The translations under genes and the position numbers were made by a program. Of a DNA stretch of 64,000 bases, positions 18,681-26,949 are shown one piece after another; position 1 is the stretch's first letter, and every line of letters begins with the position of its first letter. This DNA is from Candidatus Hodarchaeaceae archaeon (GTDB lineage: Archaea > Hadarchaeota > Hadarchaeia > Hadarchaeales > Hadarchaeaceae), in assembly GCA_030018135.1 (NCBI GenBank), contig JASEGJ010000002.1, positions 31,309 through 95,308 on the forward strand, read 5' to 3'. A model generated the notes under the pieces. It did not search any database. It saw only the letters and a program-made list of their open reading frames with translations, and was not told where the DNA came from.

Positions 18681-19447
18681 ATGTGCGAGAAACAAGCGCA
18701 TAATGCCAACAAACCGCAAGAAATCGCGGGCGTGGACGAGGCGGGTAGAGTACCGAGGTCATGCTTGGTGCGCCCATAGGCCCAGTGTTTGGCCCGATGG
18801 TTCTTTGCGGTGCGATGTTTGAAAAAAAAGCGCTCGACGAACTCAAAGTTGCCGGCGTCAGGGATTCGAAGCTCCTGAGCCCGAGCAAGCGTGAAGCACT
18901 CGCCAAACTGATAGCCAAAAAGGCGTTGAAAATCGAGGTCGTCGAGCTCTCGCCTGCGGAAATTGACGAGTTGCGGCTCGTAAGAAAAATAAACCTCAAC
19001 GAGGTTGAGGCCATGAATTTCGCCCGGATCTTGGATCGCCTGAAGCCGGAGATCGCCTACGTCGACTCCGCGGACCCGGACCCAAAGATGTTTGAGGGGA
19101 GGATCAGGCGCCACATGGGGGGTAAGCCAGAACTTGTGGTGGAAAACTTCGCCGACCGCAAATATCCGGCGGTCGCTGCGGCCTCCATCGTTGCGAAGGT
19201 CCGGCGCGACCAGCGCGTCGCGGAGCTGCGCCAGCGCTACGGCGACTTCGGCTCCGGCTACTCGTCGGACCCGAGGACCATCCGATTCCTCGAGCGATGG
19301 GTCCGCGAGCACGGAGAGCTGCCGGAGTTCTCCCGCCGCTCGTGGGAGACGGCGCGGCGCGTCGGGAAACAGATGAAACAGAAGTCGTGCGGCAAAGCGA
19401 AAGGGACTAAAAAATGTGAAAATTTTCACGATCGAGGGCGGGCTTGA
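18681..19447 (+). CDS. rnhB: Ribonuclease HII, join(18681..18748,18778..19447)
   Basis: Exon 1 ends IAGVDEAGR; exon 2 continues GPVFGPMV...VRDSK.L...AD.KY..VAAASI.AKV.RD...GSGY.SD. Spliced length is 738 nt, 245 aa. Confidence 0.9.
18749..18777 (+). other. Candidate 29-nt bulge-helix-bulge mRNA intron in rnhB
   Basis: Central helix GGGU(18743-46)/GCCC(18772-75), 3-nt bulges AGA(18747-49) and AUA(18776-78), 8-bp intron stem 18750-57/18764-71. Cutting after bulge nt 2 restores GGT AGA GGC CCA (GRGP). Confidence 0.85.
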
Positions 19448-19459
19448 AACCGTTTAAAA

Positions 19460-19742
19460 TTGGCCCCCGATGTCCCCGACACAACTAACAACGAGCTTCA
19501 TCGACTGTCTTTTCGACGTTCTTCGCTCGCTAACCCTCGATGGCGGGTTTTCTCGGGAGCCACCCACCTGTTTCACACCAGGGTTGGCTTCAAGGTCATC
19601 GTTAGGTGTTTCCGCCAGTTACTCCCCGAAGGACCCAATTTTGGTGTGTTTTTCGGTGGGCTTGCTCAGATGTGCCCGCGGTGATGCACCGGTGTTCACG
19701 AGTCGCACCAGCTCTCGATTCCCGCGGATATCCCTTCATCGC
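19460..19742 (-). ncRNA. Candidate structured ncRNA (~280 nt), family unknown
   Basis: No credible ORF; TATA-like CTTATAAT (19772-19765) upstream; multiple stems, a cUUCGg hairpin and a K-turn-like GAUGA/CUGA pair; followed by a T-run. Confidence 0.5.
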
Positions 19743-20060
19743 GATATAAATTTGGCTTTTGGTGATTATAAGGTTTAGACCATTGGTCCCCCCTTTTATA
19801 GGCCGCCTTGTCCAGCCAACCTGAGCGGGAGTTCCGGGGCGGGCTCCCTGTACAAAATCGTCAACACGGCGAGGAGCGCCCCGACGAGGACAAGCGGGCC
19901 AAACTTTAATCACGGCGTAAGATAATGCTTTCAACGATATTAGGCGGATTGTAGTAGATACTAGAAATATGTCAAAAATATTCGGTGAAAATCTTATTAT
20001 TCTTATAAAGTGGCTTGTTCAAGAAAAATAAGTGCAATTAAAGCTGCATTGAACTAAAAA

Positions 20061-20075
20061 GCGAAAATTTTATAT
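20061..20075 (+). promoter_or_regulatory. BRE-TATA promoter
   Basis: GCGAAAA-TTTTATAT centred about 26 nt upstream of 20098. Confidence 0.65.
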
Positions 20076-20097
20076 GGGGCTGAAATGAAGTATTATT

Positions 20098-20387
20098 GCG
20101 CCGAGAGGGTGAAACCGGGAAGGCCTCTAGAACCGACCCCTGTGGATCCCACTGGTAGGAACCCTAAGAGATATAGGCCAGTCTGGAGGGGTTCCGAACA
20201 GCAGGCTGTGGAGGTAGGTTCGAAAACGCTTGACGGGCTACAGCGTGGAAAGCCCGTAAGGGTAATCCGCACGATCCGTGATGGATCGGAACGACGTGGT
20301 TCGGCGGGCTGTCTGAAAAGGCGGTTCGCGCGGGCTACGTCGTCTGCAGCCATCGAGTGGCTGAGGTTTGGGCCTTTATCTCGGCGC
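20098..20387 (+). ncRNA. Candidate highly structured ncRNA (290 nt), family unknown
   Basis: 9-bp terminal helix GCGCCGAGA/TCTCGGCGC; many internal hairpins with G-U pairs and GNRA loops; own promoter; followed by CTTTT. Confidence 0.7.
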
Positions 20388-20458
20388 CTTTTATCCGTCT
20401 AATTAACGGAAACTTAAATTTCGATAAAATTCAAACGAAAATTGATCGTGGTGTCCGC

Positions 20459-21334
20459 GTGAGCGTCATCCGTAGTTTTGATCCGTGGGGGGATCCTCTT
20501 TGTACCTGCCCGAAAAAATACAGCTTCGACCCCTACACCGGCTGTCCGCATTCCTGTTTGTACTGCTACATCACCTCTTACGTGCCTCGCGCCTTCGATT
20601 GTAGACCAAAGGAGAACTTGATCAAACGCGTCGAGCGGGACCTGGGTAAGATCGACAAACGTTGCGCCATAAGCATGTCCAACAGCTCCGATCCGTATCC
20701 GCCCATGGAGGCGAAGCTAAAGTTGACTCGATCTTGCCTCGAGCTTTTTGCACGCGAGTGCTGCCGCGTGCTCGTGATAACCAAGTCTGACCTCGTCGCG
20801 AGGGACGTTGACCTCCTCGCTCAAATGTCGGTTGCGGTGAGCGTGACGATCACAACGATGGATGAGGAGTTGAACAGGAAGCTCGAGCCCGGCGCACCGA
20901 GTTCAAGACGGCGGCTAACCGCCATGAGAGAGCTTGCCAACCATCAAGTATCGGTTACCCTGCGCCTCGATCCAATTATCCCATTCGTAAACGATGCTCA
21001 GTTCGAGGATGTAATCGAAGCCGCTGCTGCGTGCGGGATCGAGCACGTGACCTCCTCGACGTTCAAGTTGCGGCCCGACAACTGGCGGCGGATTCGAGAT
21101 GCCTTTCCCGATGCCGCGGCTCGCATGGGGCCGCTTTATTTTAAACATGGTGGGCGATATCGCAACAGCTGGTATCTGCCCATTGATCTCAGGCGAAGGT
21201 TGATGACCCGAGCAAAGGCAACGTGCGATAGACTTGGGCTTACGTTCGCCACATGCCGCGAGGGGATACCCGAGTTGATGTCCGGGATGAGCTGCGATGG
21301 CAGCCACCTCGTCCGCATGCCCAGCTCCAACTAA
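20459..21334 (+). CDS. Radical SAM protein (SPL-like family)
   Basis: PYTGCPHSCLYCY (CxxxCxxC), SDPYPP.E, TKS and EPGAPS...RL motifs. Confidence 0.85.
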   Translation: MSVIRSFDPWGDPLCTCPKKYSFDPYTGCPHSCLYCYITSYVPRAFDCRPKENLIKRVERDLGKIDKRCAISMSNSSDPYPPMEAKLKLTRSCLELFARECCRVLVITKSDLVARDVDLLAQMSVAVSVTITTMDEELNRKLEPGAPSSRRRLTAMRELANHQVSVTLRLDPIIPFVNDAQFEDVIEAAAACGIEHVTSSTFKLRPDNWRRIRDAFPDAAARMGPLYFKHGGRYRNSWYLPIDLRRRLMTRAKATCDRLGLTFATCREGIPELMSGMSCDGSHLVRMPSSN

Positions 21335-21335
21335 G

Positions 21336-21974
21336 CTACTTTAGAACCTCCCCAGTTTTCAAATACCACAGGTAGAGGTCCAACTCAGCTAAGGATATGC
21401 CGAGTCTCTTCGCCAGCTTCGCCAGCTTCCCCTCGATCTCCAAATATTTTTTCCCTGTCAGAGTTTTCGGTGCCCGATCTATCATTCCGTGCTCGTGCAT
21501 GACCGAGAGGATATGCCTATCCAAAATTGCTATGTCATCGAAGCCAACGTTCCTCAAAAAATGACTTGCCTCTTTGTAGCCGATGCCTTTTACATTTTTG
21601 ACCAACCACTCCCTCGCGCTTTTGGCGTCCGAGAACTTTTTGATGATGTTTTTTATGTTTCTAAACCTTCTCGCCTCGCAGATGAACTCCGCCCTGTTGC
21701 TGTAAAATCTATGCCCCATTTTTCTGAGCCTGTTCATGAGCTCAATTTTTGATAATGTTGAGAACCCTTCGCTGCCCAACTCCCGCTGAATCTTTACTCC
21801 CAACTTGGCGGAGGAGTTGGCGGTTAGGATGCAAAAACAAAGCTCCGAGAACCATTCGTCCGTGCCTCTCCTCCCGAGCCCATTGAACATCCGCATTCTT
21901 TCGCCGACTATTCTGCTAACATCGCCCGAGCTCAGCGCCTTCACTTGCTCGACAAGCGCGTCTGCGTCCATCAA
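21336..21974 (-). CDS. ogg: 8-oxoguanine N-glycosylase/DNA lyase
   Basis: ELCFCILTAN, HhH VKGIGYKEASHFLRNVG, AILDRH and DLYLWY..TG.VLK motifs. Confidence 0.93.
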   Translation of the reverse strand: MMDADALVEQVKALSSGDVSRIVGERMRMFNGLGRRGTDEWFSELCFCILTANSSAKLGVKIQRELGSEGFSTLSKIELMNRLRKMGHRFYSNRAEFICEARRFRNIKNIIKKFSDAKSAREWLVKNVKGIGYKEASHFLRNVGFDDIAILDRHILSVMHEHGMIDRAPKTLTGKKYLEIEGKLAKLAKRLGISLAELDLYLWYLKTGEVLK

Positions 21975-22112
21975 ACCACGCTTTAGCCTAAGTTGCTACT
22001 TTATCCTCCAAAATTGTTGCTGGGTAAACCCTTGAGATTCAATCGGACGCATCTATTTTTAACCCTTGATGGGCCCCTTAAAATCATCAAAATCGTGATA
22101 CCATTGAGCAGC

Positions 22113-23036
22113 CTACGGCGCGGTCGCTTCCACCGCCGCATCGAGCTGCCCTTGCGTGAATTTTAGCAACTCGTGCGCAGTACATGGGGGTATCTTCCAA
22201 TCGTGCATCGCTGCATCTACTGGGCTTGCATCGAGCACTGAAAAGTTTGCCACCTGTTCGGGCGCGAGCGGCAGCGATACCAAGCCCGACTTCGGATTGA
22301 GGCTCATCGGTGCCAACAAAAGACCTCGCCTCAACCGAAGTTCGGAGAGGAGGCAGGTGTCCAATCCCATTTTAACAATAATCTGGGGGCCAGTTGCATC
22401 GATGCAAAAACTAGAGCATCGCTCGATCAAATAGCCCGCAATATATCTCGTTAGCGTTCCCTGAATGTCGCTTAATACTTCCACGTTATCGAACCCCGCG
22501 TCGTAGGGGATCGCCTCGAGGGGGATGATGAGATCGAAGCCGAGTTCGCCGGAGTACTTGACCCATGGCTCGGAAAGCCCACCATCTGATAGCGCATCCA
22601 ACACGGCGATCGTAACCTTTTTGGCGAAATTTAATCCGCCATTGGTCGAGCGAATGGTCCAAACCAAATCATGGCCGAGCGAATGGTGTGGCTCCCGCGG
22701 CTGCGCGTAGCGCCAGTAGGATGCGTAAAAGGCCGTTGCGCCAGCGCGCAAAGCCAACTCTATCGTTGCCTCTGAGTCGAAAACCACCGGGCGCCCGCGC
22801 TCGGCATCCTCTGAGGTGAGGTAACGCTGTACGCTCTTGGTGCGTCGGTTGAAGAATGCGCACTCTCGCACGGCGGTGCCGTTGCCTGCACGCGCGAAAT
22901 CCAGGATCGCCCGTTTGACGTCCGATCGTCTGTAGTAGTTCATTCCGCTCCCCTCGAACGGTTGGAGGGTGCTTTTAAGCGGTTTTGGGGGAGAGAGGTC
23001 ACCGAAAGTAATCGTTTTTTTATACATATGCAACAA
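22113..23036 (-). CDS. Archaeo-eukaryotic primase (PriS/LigD-Pol)-like protein, apparently catalytically degenerate
   Basis: GHDLVWTI (cf. GWDLxxDxD), KYSGELGFDL (cf. K.SG..G.H) and APMSLN..SGLVS.P (cf. .PYSLH); true start may be 22943. Confidence 0.55.
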   Translation of the reverse strand: MLHMYKKTITFGDLSPPKPLKSTLQPFEGSGMNYYRRSDVKRAILDFARAGNGTAVRECAFFNRRTKSVQRYLTSEDAERGRPVVFDSEATIELALRAGATAFYASYWRYAQPREPHHSLGHDLVWTIRSTNGGLNFAKKVTIAVLDALSDGGLSEPWVKYSGELGFDLIIPLEAIPYDAGFDNVEVLSDIQGTLTRYIAGYLIERCSSFCIDATGPQIIVKMGLDTCLLSELRLRRGLLLAPMSLNPKSGLVSLPLAPEQVANFSVLDASPVDAAMHDWKIPPCTAHELLKFTQGQLDAAVEATAP

Positions 23037-23047
23037 AAAAATAAGGA

Positions 23048-23614
23048 TTAAACGGATTTTCTCAATATCGCAAGCTGAGTCTCGAGCTTGTTCGAGAATT
23101 CCTGATCATCAGACCAATCGAGGCGCACCAGTTCCTCCGCCGCCCGAAGTGTGCGATGGATGCGCTCGGTGACCTCTGGGCTAAGCCCGCCCCGCCCCGC
23201 AAGGCCGCAAAGTTCGGCGATCTCGCTGGTGAGCGAGGTCTGCTCCCCATGTCCCACCAATATAGACCTGCCCAGCGCTTCTTCCATCGCCCTCAACCTC
23301 AGATCCGCTGGCAGTATTGCATCAAAGCTATGGAGTTCCATCGGTTGCCAAGCCGGGCTTGAGAAGAATGAACTGAGCTTGGGTGCGGCTGCTGCTGGAA
23401 CCGCTATGACGCTTTTTCCGAGCTTGAGGTGGGGGATGCCCGTGAGCAAGCCCGGGCTGATGTGCTGGTAAGTCTTCGTCGAGCCATCCCTGCCGAGGTA
23501 CCTCACTCGGGTGGAAAAGCCGAAGAGTTTACGGTAAAACGATGTCCGCCTAGTGCCCGTGAACTTGATGTCAAAACTAAATACGTGGGCAAGGGTTTGG
23601 AGCCTTTTCGACAT
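23048..23614 (-). CDS. Hypothetical protein with Cas2/VapD-like ferredoxin-fold N-terminus
   Basis: VFSFDI...RRTSFYRKLFG...LGKSVIAVP pattern with a helical C-terminus; fold assignment is inference. Confidence 0.5.
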   Translation of the reverse strand: MSKRLQTLAHVFSFDIKFTGTRRTSFYRKLFGFSTRVRYLGRDGSTKTYQHISPGLLTGIPHLKLGKSVIAVPAAAAPKLSSFFSSPAWQPMELHSFDAILPADLRLRAMEEALGRSILVGHGEQTSLTSEIAELCGLAGRGGLSPEVTERIHRTLRAAEELVRLDWSDDQEFSNKLETQLAILRKSV

Positions 23615-23617
23615 GTT

Positions 23618-23633
23618 TGATACATATGTAGCA
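23618..23633. promoter_or_regulatory. Palindromic operator-like site TGATACATATGTAGCA (copies at 23022-23032 and 23701-23717)
   Basis: TACATATGTA core palindrome recurs three times at the 5' ends of two co-oriented genes. Confidence 0.5.
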
Positions 23634-23920
23634 CAAAATTTAACTCTTCTCCTACCCCTTTATTTCCAGTGGAAGTTTATTGTAAAACTATAACTCTTTT
23701 TTGATACATGTGTACAATAATAACTATCTACTCAAAAATTAATTAAAAGTCCTCCAGAGGAAATGAAGGGTGGAGAATGACTCGATCTTAAAATGTGGTC
23801 GAATCCAAGATTGATGATGTCATGCTCACAAAGCTTTTAGCGTTTTAACCCCCCTTCTCCAGTGGTGGTTGCACGCCCCTTGGCGAAAAGCTCGAGCCCG
23901 CGACGCGCGGCACGAGCGAG

Positions 23921-24877
23921 GTGGTGACGGAACAAGAGCTACGCGACCTGCTCGAGCGGAAGGTCCCGACAGTTTATTGCGGCTATGAGCCTTCCGGCAA
24001 GATCCACTTCGGCCATGCGTTGACGGTACGAAAGCTCATAGATTTCCAGGAGCTTGGGGCTCGGGTGATAGTCCTGCTAGCGGACCTGCACGCGTACCTA
24101 AACGACAAGGGCACGCTGGACGAGATCCGCCGCATAGCCGACTACAACCGTCACTGCTTCATCGCCCTCGGACTCGACCCCAAACGCACCGAGTTCGTGG
24201 TGGGCTCCGACTTCCAGCTTCAGCCCAAGTATTTCATGGACGTTTTGCGGATGGCGGTCGACACCACGTTGCTCCGCGCGAGGCGGTCCATGGACATGAT
24301 CGCGCGGCACCTCGAAAACCCGGATGTCGCGCAGGTGCTGTATCCCCTGATGCAGGCCGTCGACATGGCTTGGCTGGGCGTCGATGTCGCGGTCGGGGGG
24401 ATCGACCAGCGAAAGGTTCACATGGTGGCGCGGGAGAAGCTCCCAGCCTTGGGCTATAAAAAGCCCGTCTGCGTGCACATGCCGCTGCTCCACGGCTTGG
24501 ACGGCGCGGTGAAGATGTCCTCGAGCAAGGGGAACTTCATCGCGGTCGACGATGAGCCGGCAACAATCGAGGAGAAAATCGAGAAGGCCTTTTGTCCGCC
24601 GAAGCAGGTGAGGGACAATCCCGTCATCGAGTACGCGGAGCACGTCGCGCTCCCCGCCCTAGGTCACCTCGAGGTAAAAAGGTCGCCGCGCCATGGCGGA
24701 CCGATTGAGCTCAAGGATTCGAGCGAGCTTGAAAGGCTGTACGCCGCAGGCGGGCTTCATCCAGCCGACCTGAAGGCGGCTCTCTCCGAGGCGCTCATCG
24801 AACTCTTGGCGCCGGTCAGGCGATATTTTAAAGAACACCCCAACGCTCGGCCGCCGGGGCCATCACGGGTGCTCTGA
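23921..24877 (+). CDS. tyrS: Tyrosine--tRNA ligase
   Basis: YCGYEPSG.IHFGH, YPLMQAVD, GG.DQRK.H and KMSSS motifs; N-terminus probably extends upstream to ~23873. Confidence 0.95.
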   Translation: MVTEQELRDLLERKVPTVYCGYEPSGKIHFGHALTVRKLIDFQELGARVIVLLADLHAYLNDKGTLDEIRRIADYNRHCFIALGLDPKRTEFVVGSDFQLQPKYFMDVLRMAVDTTLLRARRSMDMIARHLENPDVAQVLYPLMQAVDMAWLGVDVAVGGIDQRKVHMVAREKLPALGYKKPVCVHMPLLHGLDGAVKMSSSKGNFIAVDDEPATIEEKIEKAFCPPKQVRDNPVIEYAEHVALPALGHLEVKRSPRHGGPIELKDSSELERLYAAGGLHPADLKAALSEALIELLAPVRRYFKEHPNARPPGPSRVL

Positions 24878-24936
24878 ACCGACATTTGCAATGTTTTTAA
24901 GAGGAGGCGCCCCAACCAAGGTGAGGAGGCTGAGAA

Positions 24937-25757
24937 ATGAGAGCCAAGCCGCGCTCGATAAGCATCACCTCCGGCAAAGGAGGAACCGGCAAGACCACGC
25001 TGACCGCGAACCTCGGCATCGCCCTCGCCAGCCTCGGCCGCGAAACCACCATTTTGGACGGCGACTTGGCGATGGCGAACCTCGCCCTAGTTCTTGGGAT
25101 GCACAAATATGAGATGTCGTTTCTCGATGTGTTGGCGGGCAGGGCAGATGTCGCCGACGCGATATACGAGAATTACGGCGTCAAGGTCGTCCCGACGGGA
25201 TTTCGCTTCGAAGATATCCACGATGCGCTCTCGAAGGTCAAGCGCGAGCGCGTTGAGGAGGTCGTCAGCGAACTCCTGCGGCAGACCGAGTTTTTGCTCA
25301 TAGACGCGCCGGCAGGAATTGCCGACTCGACGATAATATCCATAGCAGCTGCTCGGGAGATGCTGCCCGTGACGAACCCGACTTACGCCAGCTTGGTGGA
25401 CTGCTACAAGACGATCAGGCTTGCCAACGTGCTCGGTGCTTGGACCCGGGGTCTAGTGGTGAACCGCACGGGAAGATCAGCCGATCTTTCGCTCGCCGAT
25501 GTGGAGCACTTAATGGGTAGGACCTTGGGGGCAATGCCCATCTTGGCAGCCCCGACGATCAAAAGGTGCTCGAAGCTGAGCGCGAGAGCGTGCCAGTTGT
25601 GGTGTACGAGCCTGAGTGCCCAGCTTCCGTCGCCATAAACGGGCTTGCCAAGATCATCGCGGGCGACGGCGACCTGCCATACGCGCCATCCGCCGAGGAT
25701 GAGGTCAGCGAGACCGTCCGGAGGCTGACGCGCGCCCTCACCGGCCGACGCGCCTGA
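24937..25757 (+). pseudogene. minD: MinD/ParA-family ATPase with frameshift near 25549
   Basis: SGKGGTGKTT, DGDL.MANL and IDAPAG motifs; the C-terminal PDDQKVLEAE...P.V...P...AS lies in another frame (small deletion or assembly error). Confidence 0.75.
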
Positions 25758-26475
25758 TTCCACCGGCGAACCAAAGCAGCATCAGCGAGAAAAGTGCGGC
25801 AGATAGAGCGAGCTTCACGTACTCAATGCCGGTCCCTCCAGCCGGGCTAATGAAGCCTTCGACGAAACCGGCGATGACCAAGAGCATCAACGAGGCCGGC
25901 AGCAGGTTCTTCACATCGCGCCCGGCGGCCTTCAGGTCGATAAGATTACCTCGCTTGATCAGGGCTTTGGCAGCGCCTAGACCCAACCTTATCCCGCAGG
26001 TTGCTGCGACCAAGATCGCCGATAGCTCGATGAGCCCGTGGGGCAAGATCAACGAGAAGAACTCGAGCGAAGAGAAGTCCGTCGCTCTCCCCGCTAGATA
26101 AAACGGAAGATAGCCGAGCGCCAACCCATTTACGATGAGGACGAAGACCGGGAATATCCCGAATACCAACCCGAGCCCCACGATTTCTACGGTTATCGAG
26201 ACGTTGTTCGCGATGACATGCGCCGCCAGCTCGAGTCCATTGGATATTCCAGACGCTTCGTTTTCCATCCTCTCCAGCTTTGGCTCGACCTCCCCCCTTA
26301 TGACCCGGCCAGCAGCGCTCTCCCCGTAGATGCCCGCAAGAGCGCCGACCGCGATAGCGCACGCGAACGCGACCGTCACCAACGCAAGCAGGTGAAAGTT
26401 TCGGTGAAGCGACTTGATAAAATCCACCGCCAAATAGCGCCCAAGCCGCCTGCCCAGCGACATTTTGACAGGCAT
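25738..26475 (-). CDS. SpoIIM/DUF95 family membrane protein
   Basis: NN, NG..LG, ILPHG.IEL and AGFVEGFIS motifs. Confidence 0.88.
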   Translation of the reverse strand: MPVKMSLGRRLGRYLAVDFIKSLHRNFHLLALVTVAFACAIAVGALAGIYGESAAGRVIRGEVEPKLERMENEASGISNGLELAAHVIANNVSITVEIVGLGLVFGIFPVFVLIVNGLALGYLPFYLAGRATDFSSLEFFSLILPHGLIELSAILVAATCGIRLGLGAAKALIKRGNLIDLKAAGRDVKNLLPASLMLLVIAGFVEGFISPAGGTGIEYVKLALSAALFSLMLLWFAGGIRRVGR

Positions 26476-26484
26476 GTAAAGCCC

Positions 26485-26832
26485 CTAATTCATGAACTCA
26501 TTTTTTGTCATGGTGGCGGCCAGTGAAATGAAGATAATACTCGCCACTAGGAAAGCCCTGTAAAGACCAAACTTGGGTAGGCAGAGGTACAGCGCCATGG
26601 CGAAACCAACGTTTGCTATCATGGCGAGAACGGCGCCCCGCGCCACCTGCGTTGCGAACTCCTCGCCCCGGTGGAGGCCGGCGAGAAATATTGTGCCACC
26701 CGCCCTGATCGGCGCCCCCGCGATCAAGCCGCCGTACAATGGGCCTAGCAAGGAGGCCATCAGTAGAGCCCCGGCCACGATGATGCCGCCGAAGATGAAG
26801 TCGAATGCGATTGTTTTTATTCTCGAGTCCAT
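26485..26832 (-). CDS. Small 4-TM membrane protein (DUF3147-like)
   Basis: F..GG..V and GGLIAGAP motifs; hydrophobic segments. Confidence 0.6.
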   Translation of the reverse strand: MDSRIKTIAFDFIFGGIIVAGALLMASLLGPLYGGLIAGAPIRAGGTIFLAGLHRGEEFATQVARGAVLAMIANVGFAMALYLCLPKFGLYRAFLVASIIFISLAATMTKNEFMN

Positions 26833-26949
26833 GGTTTGACCCCACTTCTTTTTACTTTCAGGACATTAAACTGTTGTCATAACTTCGTAACCACCGCGGC
26901 AACCCCTTTTGTACACCACTTGAGGGCCCAGCGAGCGAGCATATCCGAC

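Noticed and set aside
18761-19447. rnhB starting at ATG 18761 as in the ORF track
   Set aside because: That ATG lies in the intron loop and the product would lack the catalytic DE residues encoded upstream.
19460-19900. c-di-AMP (ydaO) or fluoride riboswitch, suggested by dacZ in the window
   Set aside because: Only short scattered matches; element order and spacing do not fit, and no downstream CDS is positioned to be regulated.
19797-19934. Small membrane protein on the minus strand (LKFGPLVLVGALLAVLTILY...)
   Set aside because: An in-frame TGA precedes it and there is no start codon; at most a remnant.
20098-20387. SRP (7S) RNA or RNase P RNA
   Set aside because: Size and end-pairing fit, but the SRP helix-8 motif and the RNase P GAGGAAnnUCC and ACAnAAnnnnGCUUA elements were not found.
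23048-23614. CRISPR-Cas locus
   Set aside because: No repeat-spacer array or other cas genes in the window; the Cas2 resemblance is fold-level only.
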